40,154 nt of DNA from Candidatus Pacearchaeota archaeon (GCA_050124795.1 JASFEO010000011.1:1-40154), one strand, 5' to 3'; numbered from the stretch's first letter, positions 1 through 10,376 are shown. Program-made: numbers and translations. Notes: generated by a model from the letters alone, not told the origin.

Positions 1-109
1 AAGTTTGAAAAGAAAGTATGGCGGAAGCGTTTCAGGAAAAAGTTTGAAGAGTGTGAGAACAGAGATTTATCTGAAGGCGATTGCCCACAATCTAAGCCTT
101 GCGGCTTAG
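1..109 (+). CDS. C-terminal fragment of an IS4/IS5-like DDE transposase (truncated by window start)
   Basis: Frame from nt 2 reads SLKRKYGGSVSGKSLKSVRTEIYLKAIAHNLSLAA*. This parallels the tail of the transposase at 35697-36944 (MIKTKFKDNLRSKSSTAQTNELLCKVLAHNI). Confidence 0.7.
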   Translation, partial: SLKRKYGGSVSGKSLKSVRTEIYLKAIAHNLSLAA

Positions 110-127
110 GAGATTTTCAACCTAACA
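110..127. mobile_element. Putative right terminal inverted repeat of the IS truncated at the window start
   Basis: GAGATTTTCAACCTAAC immediately follows the transposase stop. The partner TIR is outside the window, so this cannot be verified. Confidence 0.35.
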
Positions 128-171
128 TGAATTAACAAAAAATTTTTAAATAATCTTTTTCTATATTTATT

Positions 172-375
172 ATGAAAGAGGCGAGGACAATAATATTTTT
201 ACTGCATTTGGCATTTGGTTTGTATTTTATAAATATTGGTTTTAATTATGTTGCAGTTCCCGAGGTGATTTCAAATTTTGAAGCATGGATAATTTTAATC
301 GGCGGAGTTTTGGTTCTTCTCGGAGGAATTAATTATTTAAGAATTGGGAAAAGAAAACGGGTTTCTAAGGAATAG
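172..375 (+). CDS. Small 2-TM membrane protein
   Basis: 67 aa with two hydrophobic segments and a basic C-tail; TATA-like TTTAAA about 25 nt upstream. Confidence 0.75.
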   Translation: MKEARTIIFLLHLAFGLYFINIGFNYVAVPEVISNFEAWIILIGGVLVLLGGINYLRIGKRKRVSKE

Positions 376-410
376 GGATTTGGTTATTGTGTGTGGGTTG
401 TTTACTTTTT

Positions 411-431
411 ACTTACTAACTTACTAAGTAA
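411..431. promoter_or_regulatory. Tandem ACTTACTA repeats / TTACT-A-AGTAA palindrome, putative operator
   Basis: ACTTACTA at 411-418 and 419-426, palindrome at 421-431, upstream of a TTTAAATA box (~458-465) and the 508 ORF. Confidence 0.4.
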
Positions 432-507
432 CTAAATAAGTTAATAATTAAGAAAAGTTTAAATACTTATTTTTCTTTTGTGAAATTAATAAGAGGTTCG
501 TTATTAA

Positions 508-642
508 ATGAAAAAATATTTGCTCCTTATTGAAGATGAGAAAGTCTGGAAAAAGTTTAAGGATGTTATTGACAAAGATTTGAATACCGAGATAATGAAT
601 CTGATAAAAAAGAAAATTGGCGTGGAGGTGAAGGATGCATAA
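508..642 (+). CDS. Small putative ribbon-helix-helix-like protein (44 aa, not in ORF track)
   Basis: MKKYLLLIEDEKVWKKFKDVIDKDLNTEIMNLIKKKIGVEVKDA*; beta-strand + two-helix pattern; GAGGT upstream; overlaps start of next gene. Confidence 0.55.
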   Translation: MKKYLLLIEDEKVWKKFKDVIDKDLNTEIMNLIKKKIGVEVKDA

Positions 643-2473
643 AAAAGCACAGGTTACTGTTTTCATAATTATTGGAATTGTTCTTGTGAGTTTGGTTGCA
701 GGTTATTTTTTATTTAAGGATAAACTTTTCACCAGCCAGATTCCCGCGAGTATTGAACCTGTTTATACAAAATTTTTGTCATGTTTAGAAGAGGAAGTTA
801 ATGTGGGAATTGATGTCTTGGGAACTCATGCAGGATATATTGATTTGCCTGATTTTGAAACAGGAAGTTCTTATATGCCATTTGGTTCGCAGTTGAATTT
901 TTTGGGAAACCCGATTCCTTATTGGTATTATGTATCCGGAAATAATATTGAAAAAGAGCAGGTGCCGACGAAACTTGAAATGCAAAAGGATTTGGCGGAT
1001 TTTATTGAAGAGAAAGTTCGCGGGTGCGAGTTTGATAGTTTTTATGAGGAGGGTTTTGAAATTTCCCAAGGTGCGCCCAGTGCAAAGGTTACAATAAAAG
1101 GTGGTTCGGTGGAAGTTGACTTGAATATGAATTTAGAAATCAGCAAGAATGAAGACAGCTCAATAATAAAAAATCATAATGTAATAATTAATTCTGAACT
1201 TGGAAATTTATATTCTTCTGCTTTGGAAGTTTATGAAAAAGAGCAGGGTGAATTGTTTTTGGAAGAATATGCAGTTGATACTTTGAGGCTTTATGCTCCT
1301 GTCGACGGTGTTGAATTAACCTGCTCTCCGAAAGTCTGGAATCCTGAAGAAGTCTTTGATGAATTAGGAGAAGCAATTGAAGCAAACACTTTGGCATTAA
1401 AAAATAAGGGGGGAGATTTTTCACTCACAAAAAAAGAGAATGAATATTTTGTTCTTGACCTCGGGGTGGATGAGGACGTCAGGTTTCTTAATTCAAAAAC
1501 CTGGGCGAATGGTTTTGAAGTGGCTCCTGCGGAAGGAAGTATTTTAATTTCAAAGCCCGTCGGCAACCAGGCAGGACTTGGAGTTCTTGGATTTTGCTAT
1601 GTGCCTTATCATTTTGTTTATGATGTTAAGTATCCTGTATTAGTTCAGGTTTCAAAAGGAGATGAAATTTTTCAGTTTCCTCTGGCAGTGGTTTTGGAAA
1701 ATAATAATCCAAGGAGAACATTGGAAGTTGAAATAGAAGAAATTGAAGAAGTTAATTTATGCGAATATAAAAATAATCAGGTTGAAGTTAATATTTATGA
1801 TTCAGGTTTAAATTCTGTTGATGCAGAAATTTCTTATGAGTGTTTTGGCTCAAGTTGTGATATCGGGAGAACTGAGAACGGGAAATTAATTGCAAACTTT
1901 CCTCAATGCGTGAATGGTTATATTCAAACAAGAGCTGAAGGTTATGTTGATTCTAAGTTTTTATTTTCAACTACTGATGAAGGAAGTGTGGATATCATCC
2001 TTGATAGGAATTATTTAATTGATATTGATTTAAGTTTGGATGGAAAGGTTTATGATGATGAAGCAATAATTAGTTTTGCAGGTGATAAGTTTTCCAAGAC
2101 AATTGTTTATCCTGAAACAAGCGAGGTTGAATTAACTGAGGGGCAATATGAAATTGAGGTTTTTATTTACAGGAATTCTTCAATTAAACTTGAAGCAACA
2201 ACTCATGAGCAATGCATTGAAACTGCGCAGGAAGGTCTTGGAGGAATTTTTGGTTTAACTGAAGAGAGATGTTTTGAAATTGAAATTCCGTCGCAGATTA
2301 TTTCAAATGTTTTAGTCGGAGGAGGAAAACAAAATTATTATATTTTAGAAGACGAATTAAAGTCCGGCGCAATTGAAATAAGTTCTGAGAGTTTGCCGAT
2401 GCCAAAAACAATTGAAGATTTGCAGACAAATTATGCTGCATTTGAAAGTAAAGATTTGGGAGTGATGTTTTAA
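635..2473 (+). CDS. Surface protein with class III (prepilin-like) signal peptide, Cys-containing, 612 aa
   Basis: N-terminus MHKKAQ-VTVFIIIGIVLV (KKAQ + hydrophobic helix); GGAGGTGA RBS; acidic extracellular body. Confidence 0.8.
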   Translation: MHKKAQVTVFIIIGIVLVSLVAGYFLFKDKLFTSQIPASIEPVYTKFLSCLEEEVNVGIDVLGTHAGYIDLPDFETGSSYMPFGSQLNFLGNPIPYWYYVSGNNIEKEQVPTKLEMQKDLADFIEEKVRGCEFDSFYEEGFEISQGAPSAKVTIKGGSVEVDLNMNLEISKNEDSSIIKNHNVIINSELGNLYSSALEVYEKEQGELFLEEYAVDTLRLYAPVDGVELTCSPKVWNPEEVFDELGEAIEANTLALKNKGGDFSLTKKENEYFVLDLGVDEDVRFLNSKTWANGFEVAPAEGSILISKPVGNQAGLGVLGFCYVPYHFVYDVKYPVLVQVSKGDEIFQFPLAVVLENNNPRRTLEVEIEEIEEVNLCEYKNNQVEVNIYDSGLNSVDAEISYECFGSSCDIGRTENGKLIANFPQCVNGYIQTRAEGYVDSKFLFSTTDEGSVDIILDRNYLIDIDLSLDGKVYDDEAIISFAGDKFSKTIVYPETSEVELTEGQYEIEVFIYRNSSIKLEATTHEQCIETAQEGLGGIFGLTEERCFEIEIPSQIISNVLVGGGKQNYYILEDELKSGAIEISSESLPMPKTIEDLQTNYAAFESKDLGVMF

Positions 2474-2475
2474 AA

Positions 2476-5400
2476 ATGGAGAAAAGAAAAATAAAAAATA
2501 AAAAAATTAATTTAATTTTTGGAATGTTTTTTTTAATTGGAATTTTGTTTTTGTCTTTAGTTAATGCTTTGAGTTATTCAAGTTCAAATCCAAATTATGG
2601 AGCATTTAATTCTTATGTTTCGAGTTCTGAAATTTCTGAAGCTGAAAGGTGCTCTGCGGGGCAGGATTTTATAATTCAGATTGCGCCGTTTGGCTGCACA
2701 CCTGCAGTTGTCCGAAGTGATTTACTGGAAGAGCAGAATGTTCCTGTATTTTGCCAGTTGGCAGCGACGAAGATAAATCCATTAATTGATGTTGAGGCAA
2801 TTGAGTCAATTTCATTTTCAGGCGAATATCCTAAGTCTGTTTCAGGAATAAGTTTTCATCCTGCAAGAGCTGCGCTTGGAGTCAGAGGGGATTTGAATTC
2901 TCCGCTACTTGAAAATATTGGCTATGTTGTAATTGTGCTGAGAAAAGAAGAGGTTGAGAAAAATATGCCTGAAGAAGTTTCCGGCAATTTGACAGCGAGG
3001 ATAAAGTATGACATAAAGAATGCTTTTGGAATTGGCAAGGCAAGTTTTTATTTGCCTGAGTTGACTGACTCGGATTTTGAAGACAAGAAAAACCAATTTA
3101 GTTTTTGGAATGGCAAGGGCTATATCAGAGCAGATAGTATTGATGAAGATAGTGCTGAAGTTTCAATTTATAATGATTTGCGACGTGTGTCAACTACAAC
3201 TTTGAAGAAGGGGGAAACATCCGGAAAAATAAATCTGCCTGATTTGGATTGTTTAGCAAATTTAAAGTTAAGACTTGATGGGTTAGAGGCGCCTGATACA
3301 AGGGCGAGGTTTGAAATTAACGGAGAAATTGTTGAAGTTACAGAAGGAGAATATTTTTTAGATAACAATTGCCGTGTTACAAAGTTAGATAAAAAAGGAG
3401 TTGTTGAATATGTTAATTTAAGGTGCAAGACTGATGAAGGCACAGAGAGTTTTAGTTTGAGAGTTAGTCCGCGTGTGAAACTTGAATTTGATGGCGCAGA
3501 TTCTGAGGGTTATTTGGTCGGGGATTATTTATATTCATTAGATAATGGAAAGTCTGTTTATCTTGGGTATCTTGGAACAAACAGGGATTCCTGGAATGAA
3601 GAAGATTTGTATGGTTATTTAATTGCGCTTCCAGAGAAAAAAGAAAAATTAGCAAGCAATGAACTTTCTGAAGTTGCGTTAATTGCAAGTGAGTATGAAT
3701 ATCAAAGAATAACCGGGGTGAAAGTAGTTGATTTTATAATTAATGTTTATAAGAATTTTTATGCAGGGACTGTTACTAATTTTTATTTATATCTTAAGGA
3801 CGGACATAGTTTTGCAAGAATGAGTTATGCTGATACTGAGGAGACTAAAATTCTTTTGGACAAGGCTATTTCTATTTCAGGGTTTGCAAGTTTTTATGAT
3901 GCTGAACTTAGTCAGAAAGTAAAACTCCAAAATGAACTGGAAAGATTAAATAATGAAGTTGATAATCTGAAAACTTTACAAAAGAGTAATGTTAATGACC
4001 CGGAGTATCAGGCGGATGTGGCCAGGATGATTTCTGAATCAGAAAGTAAAATTAAAAATATTAAATCTCAAATTAGCAATCTAAAAGATTCTGAAGATAC
4101 TGCAAAAGAAAATTATGAAACTGCAATGGCGGATTATGATAAGATTTTGGAGAATTATCCAAATGAACCTTATGAGGATATAACTGCAGGTGAGGAGGCA
4201 TTGTATAGAAAAATTATTTTGGCATTTAATAGTCAGCAAGGGTTAACTGCTTCAAGATTATGTGAAGATTTTAAAAGTGGTTATCCTAAATCTAAAAAGG
4301 ATTTAAGTTCTTATTGTGATGATAAATTAAAATTAGCAAATGAGGAAATTTCTACTAGTGAAATTGTTTTGAGTAATGTTGTGAAGAGGATTTTTTTTGA
4401 AGGGATTACTGAACCAGAACCTGAGGAATACAGCGCTGAAATAAGAATAACAGGACCTAATAAAAAAGTTCAGAGAATTACTTTGAGAAAAAATAGTATT
4501 ATTTATTTAAGAGGATTTAGAGATGAAGATAAAAATGAGTTTATCCAGCTTGTTGATTTGGATAAGGATAAGGCAAAGATAAAGTTTAATCTTTATGCAG
4601 AAGGTATTGTTGACCAAATCCGAAAAGCAACAGTATCAAGCGATACTAAGACTATTTCTTTAGATTCTCCGACTAGTTTTGGAAGTGATTATGTTTTTAC
4701 ATTACAGAAAGTAAATCTAAAAAATGTTGCAAAGGTTTCAGTGATTCCCAATGTTGATAATGCAGGGACAAGTGCTAATTTTTCTTTTAAGGTTGGAATT
4801 GAGAAAAGAGCAATTCAGCTTTCGCCTGAGCAGACAAAAGAGAAGATTGAAAATTTAGACAAGACAATTAATGACTGGCAGGATAAGTCAGACAAGTTAG
4901 GAAAAGTTGTGAAAGGCCTGAAGGGTGCGTGTCTTGCAACCGGGGCTTATTATGCTATTAAGAATTTTTGGGCAAATACCGGAGGAAAGGGAATCGCAAG
5001 AAAGAGAGTAATGACGGGAACCGGCGGATGGAATGAGAGGTGTTCAGCAATGGTGGGCGCGGGAAAATATTCTACTCTTGAAGAATGCTTGTTTGATAAG
5101 TCTGATGAAATAGATAAGGAAGTTAATCTTAATTATAATGTCATGGCGAAACAAAATGAGGAAATAAAGGCAATCGAGGATTTATGCCCAAAGACTGAGT
5201 TTTTAATTGAGACTCATATTGACACTAATTGCTTTAAGGAAAAGTTTGCTGTGGTTGTAAAAGATCAATTAGAGGAAAATCTCGACGGGGGCAAGGAAAT
5301 TATTGTGGGTACTGAAAAGGTTAAGGTGTCAGAGATTCTTGAAGGAGTTAATGCGGATTCAATTTCAATTGAGGAACTTCGTCGCTTGCAATTAAATTCA

Positions 5401-8400
5401 AGGCTTGGAACTGACATGGCAAATTCCCAGATTGAAAAAGATTTGCAGGAAATTTATGTTAATACAAAAACTGAAGTGGAATTAAAAGATGTTGCAAGCC
5501 AGTTTGGTCAGGCTGCAAGTGATGTTGCTTTTGTTAAAAGAAAAGATTCAAAGGAAGTGAAATATTCAGGTCAGACTTATGGGGATATAAAAAATAATGT
5601 AGCAATTATAACTGGTTCGGCAGGAGGGGATGAATATTCTGCGCCAGTTAATCCTGATGACAACACCCCTGTCCAAACTATTTTAACTTCTGACGGCAAA
5701 AAGTATGTTGCGGTTCTTGAAAAAAGCGGGGACAATTATGCAATTAATAGTCTTTATGATTTTAATGGGAATCCTGTTGAGGATAAGGATTTAATGAAGT
5801 CAATTTATTTTAAAAAATATGATTCTTCTAGTTATGAGAATAAATTTGAGAGTGTTTCCGGGGAAAAAGGTGTTGTTGTGAAATTTTATGAGACAGATCC
5901 TTACAAGGGTTTGCCTGCGCTTGTGCCGTTTGATTTAAAGAATGGGTGGTATGCTGCAACAAAGCAGACTCTTTCTGTATTCGGAGGGATTTCTTCTTAT
6001 GATGAATCAGGAAGGGTTACAAGTATCTGGGTTTGCAATGTTGGTGAAAATGGAATTGCAGAATTTAAGTCTGGTGTTGGCGACGACATTTGCAGGCAGG
6101 TTAATCTTGGGGCAGGGCAGCCAATAAATAAATTTCCTGGTTTGAGTGATAGCGATGCTATTACATTTGTCAAGTGCGCAGTTGATGCAATTGAGGATGC
6201 TTCAAATTATAAGTCAGGTTCAGATGTTAGCATTAGGACGCAATGCGGAGGTTCAATTAGTGTTAAGGTTGGGAGTCCTGCTGTTGATGTGCCTGAGATA
6301 CAGTGCACTGATTATATGCCCCCAAGTGAGTGCAAGATTTTATTTAATGTTTGCGACCCTGTGATTTGTCCGTCGTCAAGGTGCAATCTTGGCGGAAATT
6401 ATTATGTTAAGGATGTCATCCAGTCCGGAATTATCGGAAGCATTGCATTGTGTTTGCCAAATTATAGGCAAGGGATTTATGTTCCTGTTTGTTTAACAGG
6501 AATCAAGGCGGGAATTGACGGGTATTTGTCAGTTGTAAAAGCGCATCGGGATTGTTTGCAGGAGAGTTTTGACACAGGAGCAACTGTTGGAATTTGTGAT
6601 GAGATTTACTCAATTAATTTGTGCGAATTTTTCTGGAGGCAGGGTTTGCCATTAGCGAAATTAGTTTTACCAAAGTTAATTGAATATGCATTTGGGCAAA
6701 ATGTTCACGGAGGCGGGGAATACTTAGGAGTTGCTGATGCATGGAGCAATGCAGAAAGTTCAATAAATTATTTTACTCAGTATTATGCACTGAATTCTTT
6801 TGAGGCATTCAAGGCAAGGACTGCTGAGGAAGTTGGAGGAGAAGTATGCAAGAATTTTGCATCAGGAGTTTATCCGGACGGGGGAAGTTTATTGGATTCT
6901 TTGACAGAGCCTGACTCCCCTGTGCAATATCATGGATGGTTTAGCGAAATAGAATTCACAACAGCGACTGTGCCCGCGATTTCCCAGTATAAAGTGTTCT
7001 ATCATATTTATGCAGGTGAAGACCAGGGAGCATATTACCAGGTTTATCTAACAGAGGGAGAGGAGAGCTCGTTTTACCAGGACACTTCATATAGAAGAGT
7101 TGTTGACTCAGGTTATATTAAGAAAGGGGGTTATGCAGATGAGACAAAGGATTTCACAGCACCTGCAGGTTATAAGAAACTTTGCATAAGGGTTAATAAT
7201 GAGGGGGAGTGCGGCTTCAAGCAGATGTCAACTTCTTATGCAATTAATTATGTTGAGGATAAGTATTTAGAAGAACAGGCAAGTCAGACAGATATTAAGA
7301 CAGAGTCAGAGTGCATTTCAGGAACAGCGAGTGCATATAGTTTGGTTAATCCGAATTTACAGGAGGGAGTTAATGAGGTTGTTGATCCCGCGATTTACAA
7401 TAGAGGAATAATAAGAATTTGTTCAACTGATAATCCTGGCAAGGGAACTGATGAGTCAAGATGGAGTCAGGTTGGTTATTGTGATAACGAAAAAATAAAA
7501 TGCTGGATTGACAGAGAGAGCGTTCAGAATGTTATTGAGGATTTGGATATTGAAAATAATACTTTAAGCACTTTGGCAAATAATTCATTGTCTATTTTAG
7601 TTAATGACGGAGAATGTTATGGAAGAGATTATGTTGAAGGAAAGATAAAGGAAAAGGAAACTTTGATGAGTCAAGGAAAATATCTTGAGGCAATAGAACT
7701 TGTGAATAGCATAATTGATAAGGTCTGCTGGAATGACCAGAGGATAAAACTTTTGTTTAATCGGGGGGATGCATATTCTAAATTTGTTGATTTGCCAATG
7801 ATTGAGATTGAGGAAACTGCTCCTGAAAAAATTGAGATTGAGAAAGAGACTGAGACTCCTCCTGAAACTACAGATTTAGTTTGCGGGAAAAAGCCATGCG
7901 GGACTGCGAGTGCAACTGGCGGGAGTACAAGTGTTACACAGACGCAATATATTATGGGAGGAGATGAATGTTTAAGTTATACTGCAAATGAGGTCATAAA
8001 GATTGCAAATAAGGTTCGTGATGAAAAGTTGGCAAGCAAAGATTATTTGTCTGATAAGGTTATACAAAAAGAAATTGGTGTTTCAAGTTTTGGTTGCTTT
8101 GTTGCAATGGTTGCGCGTCAGGAAGGATGTTTAGCACATTGCAAATATAAGGAAGGAGAGAGTGATCCTCTTTATTGCAAAGATGGAAGTGACAAGAGTT
8201 TAGTTATTGTTGGGGACCTTGATAAAAACAAAGTTCCGCATGCATTTGGAATTATGCAATTAAATGATATACATGGAGAGCATTATGCATTTACTGATAA
8301 TGTTGATTATGCTTCAAATTATTTGATTAGATTATATAAAGAAAATGCAAAGACTTACAATTGTAGGGGAGTAAATTATGATGGTTGGGAAGCAGCATTA

Positions 8401-8715
8401 AGAGGTTATAATGGTTGGCCACCAAGTGGTTGTAGTGGAGATCCCGATTATGTCGAGAATGTTGTAGGGAGAAAAAATGAAATAATTAATTTGGTTCCTG
8501 AGTGCGAGGTTGATAGTGAGACTTTGTGTGAGAATTATTGTGAAGAGGAATCTGAAGGCAATACATTTTATTCTTATACAGGTTTTACAAAATCACAATG
8601 TGATGAAAAAGAAGCGGACCAGAATTATTATGCTTATTCAGAAAATTTGAATTGCTGTTGTTATTTTGAAAAAGGTTTGGTTGCTGAATCAGCGAGTGAT
8701 GTAAATAATCAGTAA
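2476..8715 (+). CDS. Giant secreted/surface protein (2079 aa) with coiled coils, Cys-rich regions and a C-terminal lytic transglycosylase/lysozyme-like domain
   Basis: N-terminal signal peptide; coiled coil at about aa 480-550; SLT-type motifs AMVARQE(1883)G, G(1925)IMQL, DNVDYASNYL, AALRGY(1978)NG, YVENV. Confidence 0.8.
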   Translation: MEKRKIKNKKINLIFGMFFLIGILFLSLVNALSYSSSNPNYGAFNSYVSSSEISEAERCSAGQDFIIQIAPFGCTPAVVRSDLLEEQNVPVFCQLAATKINPLIDVEAIESISFSGEYPKSVSGISFHPARAALGVRGDLNSPLLENIGYVVIVLRKEEVEKNMPEEVSGNLTARIKYDIKNAFGIGKASFYLPELTDSDFEDKKNQFSFWNGKGYIRADSIDEDSAEVSIYNDLRRVSTTTLKKGETSGKINLPDLDCLANLKLRLDGLEAPDTRARFEINGEIVEVTEGEYFLDNNCRVTKLDKKGVVEYVNLRCKTDEGTESFSLRVSPRVKLEFDGADSEGYLVGDYLYSLDNGKSVYLGYLGTNRDSWNEEDLYGYLIALPEKKEKLASNELSEVALIASEYEYQRITGVKVVDFIINVYKNFYAGTVTNFYLYLKDGHSFARMSYADTEETKILLDKAISISGFASFYDAELSQKVKLQNELERLNNEVDNLKTLQKSNVNDPEYQADVARMISESESKIKNIKSQISNLKDSEDTAKENYETAMADYDKILENYPNEPYEDITAGEEALYRKIILAFNSQQGLTASRLCEDFKSGYPKSKKDLSSYCDDKLKLANEEISTSEIVLSNVVKRIFFEGITEPEPEEYSAEIRITGPNKKVQRITLRKNSIIYLRGFRDEDKNEFIQLVDLDKDKAKIKFNLYAEGIVDQIRKATVSSDTKTISLDSPTSFGSDYVFTLQKVNLKNVAKVSVIPNVDNAGTSANFSFKVGIEKRAIQLSPEQTKEKIENLDKTINDWQDKSDKLGKVVKGLKGACLATGAYYAIKNFWANTGGKGIARKRVMTGTGGWNERCSAMVGAGKYSTLEECLFDKSDEIDKEVNLNYNVMAKQNEEIKAIEDLCPKTEFLIETHIDTNCFKEKFAVVVKDQLEENLDGGKEIIVGTEKVKVSEILEGVNADSISIEELRRLQLNSRLGTDMANSQIEKDLQEIYVNTKTEVELKDVASQFGQAASDVAFVKRKDSKEVKYSGQTYGDIKNNVAIITGSAGGDEYSAPVNPDDNTPVQTILTSDGKKYVAVLEKSGDNYAINSLYDFNGNPVEDKDLMKSIYFKKYDSSSYENKFESVSGEKGVVVKFYETDPYKGLPALVPFDLKNGWYAATKQTLSVFGGISSYDESGRVTSIWVCNVGENGIAEFKSGVGDDICRQVNLGAGQPINKFPGLSDSDAITFVKCAVDAIEDASNYKSGSDVSIRTQCGGSISVKVGSPAVDVPEIQCTDYMPPSECKILFNVCDPVICPSSRCNLGGNYYVKDVIQSGIIGSIALCLPNYRQGIYVPVCLTGIKAGIDGYLSVVKAHRDCLQESFDTGATVGICDEIYSINLCEFFWRQGLPLAKLVLPKLIEYAFGQNVHGGGEYLGVADAWSNAESSINYFTQYYALNSFEAFKARTAEEVGGEVCKNFASGVYPDGGSLLDSLTEPDSPVQYHGWFSEIEFTTATVPAISQYKVFYHIYAGEDQGAYYQVYLTEGEESSFYQDTSYRRVVDSGYIKKGGYADETKDFTAPAGYKKLCIRVNNEGECGFKQMSTSYAINYVEDKYLEEQASQTDIKTESECISGTASAYSLVNPNLQEGVNEVVDPAIYNRGIIRICSTDNPGKGTDESRWSQVGYCDNEKIKCWIDRESVQNVIEDLDIENNTLSTLANNSLSILVNDGECYGRDYVEGKIKEKETLMSQGKYLEAIELVNSIIDKVCWNDQRIKLLFNRGDAYSKFVDLPMIEIEETAPEKIEIEKETETPPETTDLVCGKKPCGTASATGGSTSVTQTQYIMGGDECLSYTANEVIKIANKVRDEKLASKDYLSDKVIQKEIGVSSFGCFVAMVARQEGCLAHCKYKEGESDPLYCKDGSDKSLVIVGDLDKNKVPHAFGIMQLNDIHGEHYAFTDNVDYASNYLIRLYKENAKTYNCRGVNYDGWEAALRGYNGWPPSGCSGDPDYVENVVGRKNEIINLVPECEVDSETLCENYCEEESEGNTFYSYTGFTKSQCDEKEADQNYYAYSENLNCCCYFEKGLVAESASDVNNQ

Positions 8716-9528
8716 TTATTTTCCGTTAATATCGCTGACTTCAATTGCGTTTATATTGAATCCAACTTGTTTAAGTGCACCTACTGTCTCTTTTCTTTTC
8801 TTTGCCTTTAAACTTAAAACAGCCTGTCTTATTACTTCCTCTGAATAATATTTTGGCCTGTAGATTCTATCTTCATGGATGAATTCAATTTCCCCTGTTT
8901 TTTTATCAGTCCTCTTGTGAGTTCCTTCAACTGGTGTTAAGTAAAAATCATAAAATCCCTCTTTATATCTGTCTTCTTTTATTGCAAGCCAAGGAGTATT
9001 TTCTGATAAGTAGATTACTTCAAAATTAGCTTGGTGATTTTGTTCTGTTTCACAAAGTATCCCTAAACCCCCTTTTCTATCAACAACTGTTAAGGGCATG
9101 TTAATCTCTTTTTTATGTCTTGGATCAATTTTAACTTTATCTATCATTTTTCCATTTTTATCTTTTGCGCTGTCAAAAAAGTATAATCCCTTTTCCTTGG
9201 GGATCACACTCGCAGTTCCAGTTATTCCCCCATTCTTATCTACATTAAATAGTGTGTCTCCATAAGAATTATTATATTTGAATAATGCATTTCCCATATG
9301 AGGAACTTTGAGATGGTAATAAGCATCTCCGAAAATTTCAACAGGGTGGGCATGATATCTTGCTACATTTTGATTAAATTTACCTAGTCTTGCATTAGAA
9401 TTTATCGGCACTCCATCTGGTCCACGCAAATTTGGTCTTGTTGCACAACCAAAAGGAGTAACTGCTAAGGTCGCTAATACTCCTAATGTTAAAAAATCTC
9501 TTCTTGAATATTTTTTTGTCATGTTCAT
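8716..9528 (-). CDS. Putative Tat-exported lipoprotein
   Basis: SRRDFL twin-arginine motif, hydrophobic core, lipobox-like PFGC; start likely ATG 9528 or 9522. Confidence 0.7.
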   Translation of the reverse strand: MNMTKKYSRRDFLTLGVLATLAVTPFGCATRPNLRGPDGVPINSNARLGKFNQNVARYHAHPVEIFGDAYYHLKVPHMGNALFKYNNSYGDTLFNVDKNGGITGTASVIPKEKGLYFFDSAKDKNGKMIDKVKIDPRHKKEINMPLTVVDRKGGLGILCETEQNHQANFEVIYLSENTPWLAIKEDRYKEGFYDFYLTPVEGTHKRTDKKTGEIEFIHEDRIYRPKYYSEEVIRQAVLSLKAKKRKETVGALKQVGFNINAIEVSDINGK

Positions 9529-9662
9529 TTTCAAAATTTTTTAGTTTATAAACTTTTCTGTTTTGTAATCATTTTGTAATTAAGACAAATTTGTTAAAAA
9601 TGGCTATAATAAATGGGACAGGCAGCGAAAGATTTATTAAGTGGATTAATTTTACTTTATTT

Positions 9663-10376
9663 ATGAATCTCAAAAAAGAGGTTATTAATTCGCAAAAAGA
9701 TTTGAAAATAATTTTTATCACTAATGATTCAATTAATGTTAAGGCGAAATTCGGACCATCTAAGGAAACTTATCTCCCATTGCAACTTGATGAGAGATTA
9801 GCATTCTTGATTGGTGCGATAATCGGAGATGGCCATTTGAAAAGGAGTAAGTATCAAATTAGTATTGAGATATCGAATAAGAAAATTCTTGAGAATATAA
9901 AGAAGATTTGTTTTGAATTATTCAACAGGGAGTTTAATATTTTACTTGTTAAAAAACGAGAAGGGAAAGCTCAATCTTACCACATTTGTATTGATAGCAA
10001 GGCAATTTATAATTTATTAAATAAAGTTTATGAGATTCCAATTGGTAAAAAAAGCCATATTGTAAGAGTCCCAAGATATGTTTTCGATTCAAATCTTTCT
10101 ATCAAATCTGCATTTCTAATCGGGATAATGGTCACAGACGGGGGCAAGAGAAGAGGGATTATTGGAATTTCAACTGCGAGTAAAGAACTAAGAAAAGGAT
10201 TAATTTTTTTGCTTGAAGGAATAGGCATCAAATTGTTTAAGGATGAATGGGTTAATAAAAAGTATAGCAAAAAATATTATGGAATAACTTTTAAACCTAA
10301 ATATCTTAAGAGCCTCATGCGGAGATGCCGGAGCGGTCAAACGGGCCAGATTTTATTAGACAAATTTGTTGTTTGA
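9663..10376 (+). CDS. Double-motif LAGLIDADG homing-endonuclease-like protein
   Basis: Motifs LAFLIGAIIGDGHL and SAFLIGIMVTDGG. Start uncertain (9591 TTG, 9600 or 9663 ATG). The 3' end overlaps tRNA-Leu. Confidence 0.85.
   Translation: MNLKKEVINSQKDLKIIFITNDSINVKAKFGPSKETYLPLQLDERLAFLIGAIIGDGHLKRSKYQISIEISNKKILENIKKICFELFNREFNILLVKKREGKAQSYHICIDSKAIYNLLNKVYEIPIGKKSHIVRVPRYVFDSNLSIKSAFLIGIMVTDGGKRRGIIGISTASKELRKGLIFLLEGIGIKLFKDEWVNKKYSKKYYGITFKPKYLKSLMRRCRSGQTGQILLDKFVV

Noticed and set aside
448-6364. Short antisense/alternate-frame ORFs within the two large surface genes (and similar ones in rps8e, Bro-N, glyS, leuS, RM and transposase genes)
   Set aside because: Fully nested in well-supported genes and motif-free.
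9591-10376. LAGLIDADG as an intein or group I intron-encoded gene
   Set aside because: No Hint-domain termini, no host extein and no upstream exon or group I core visible.
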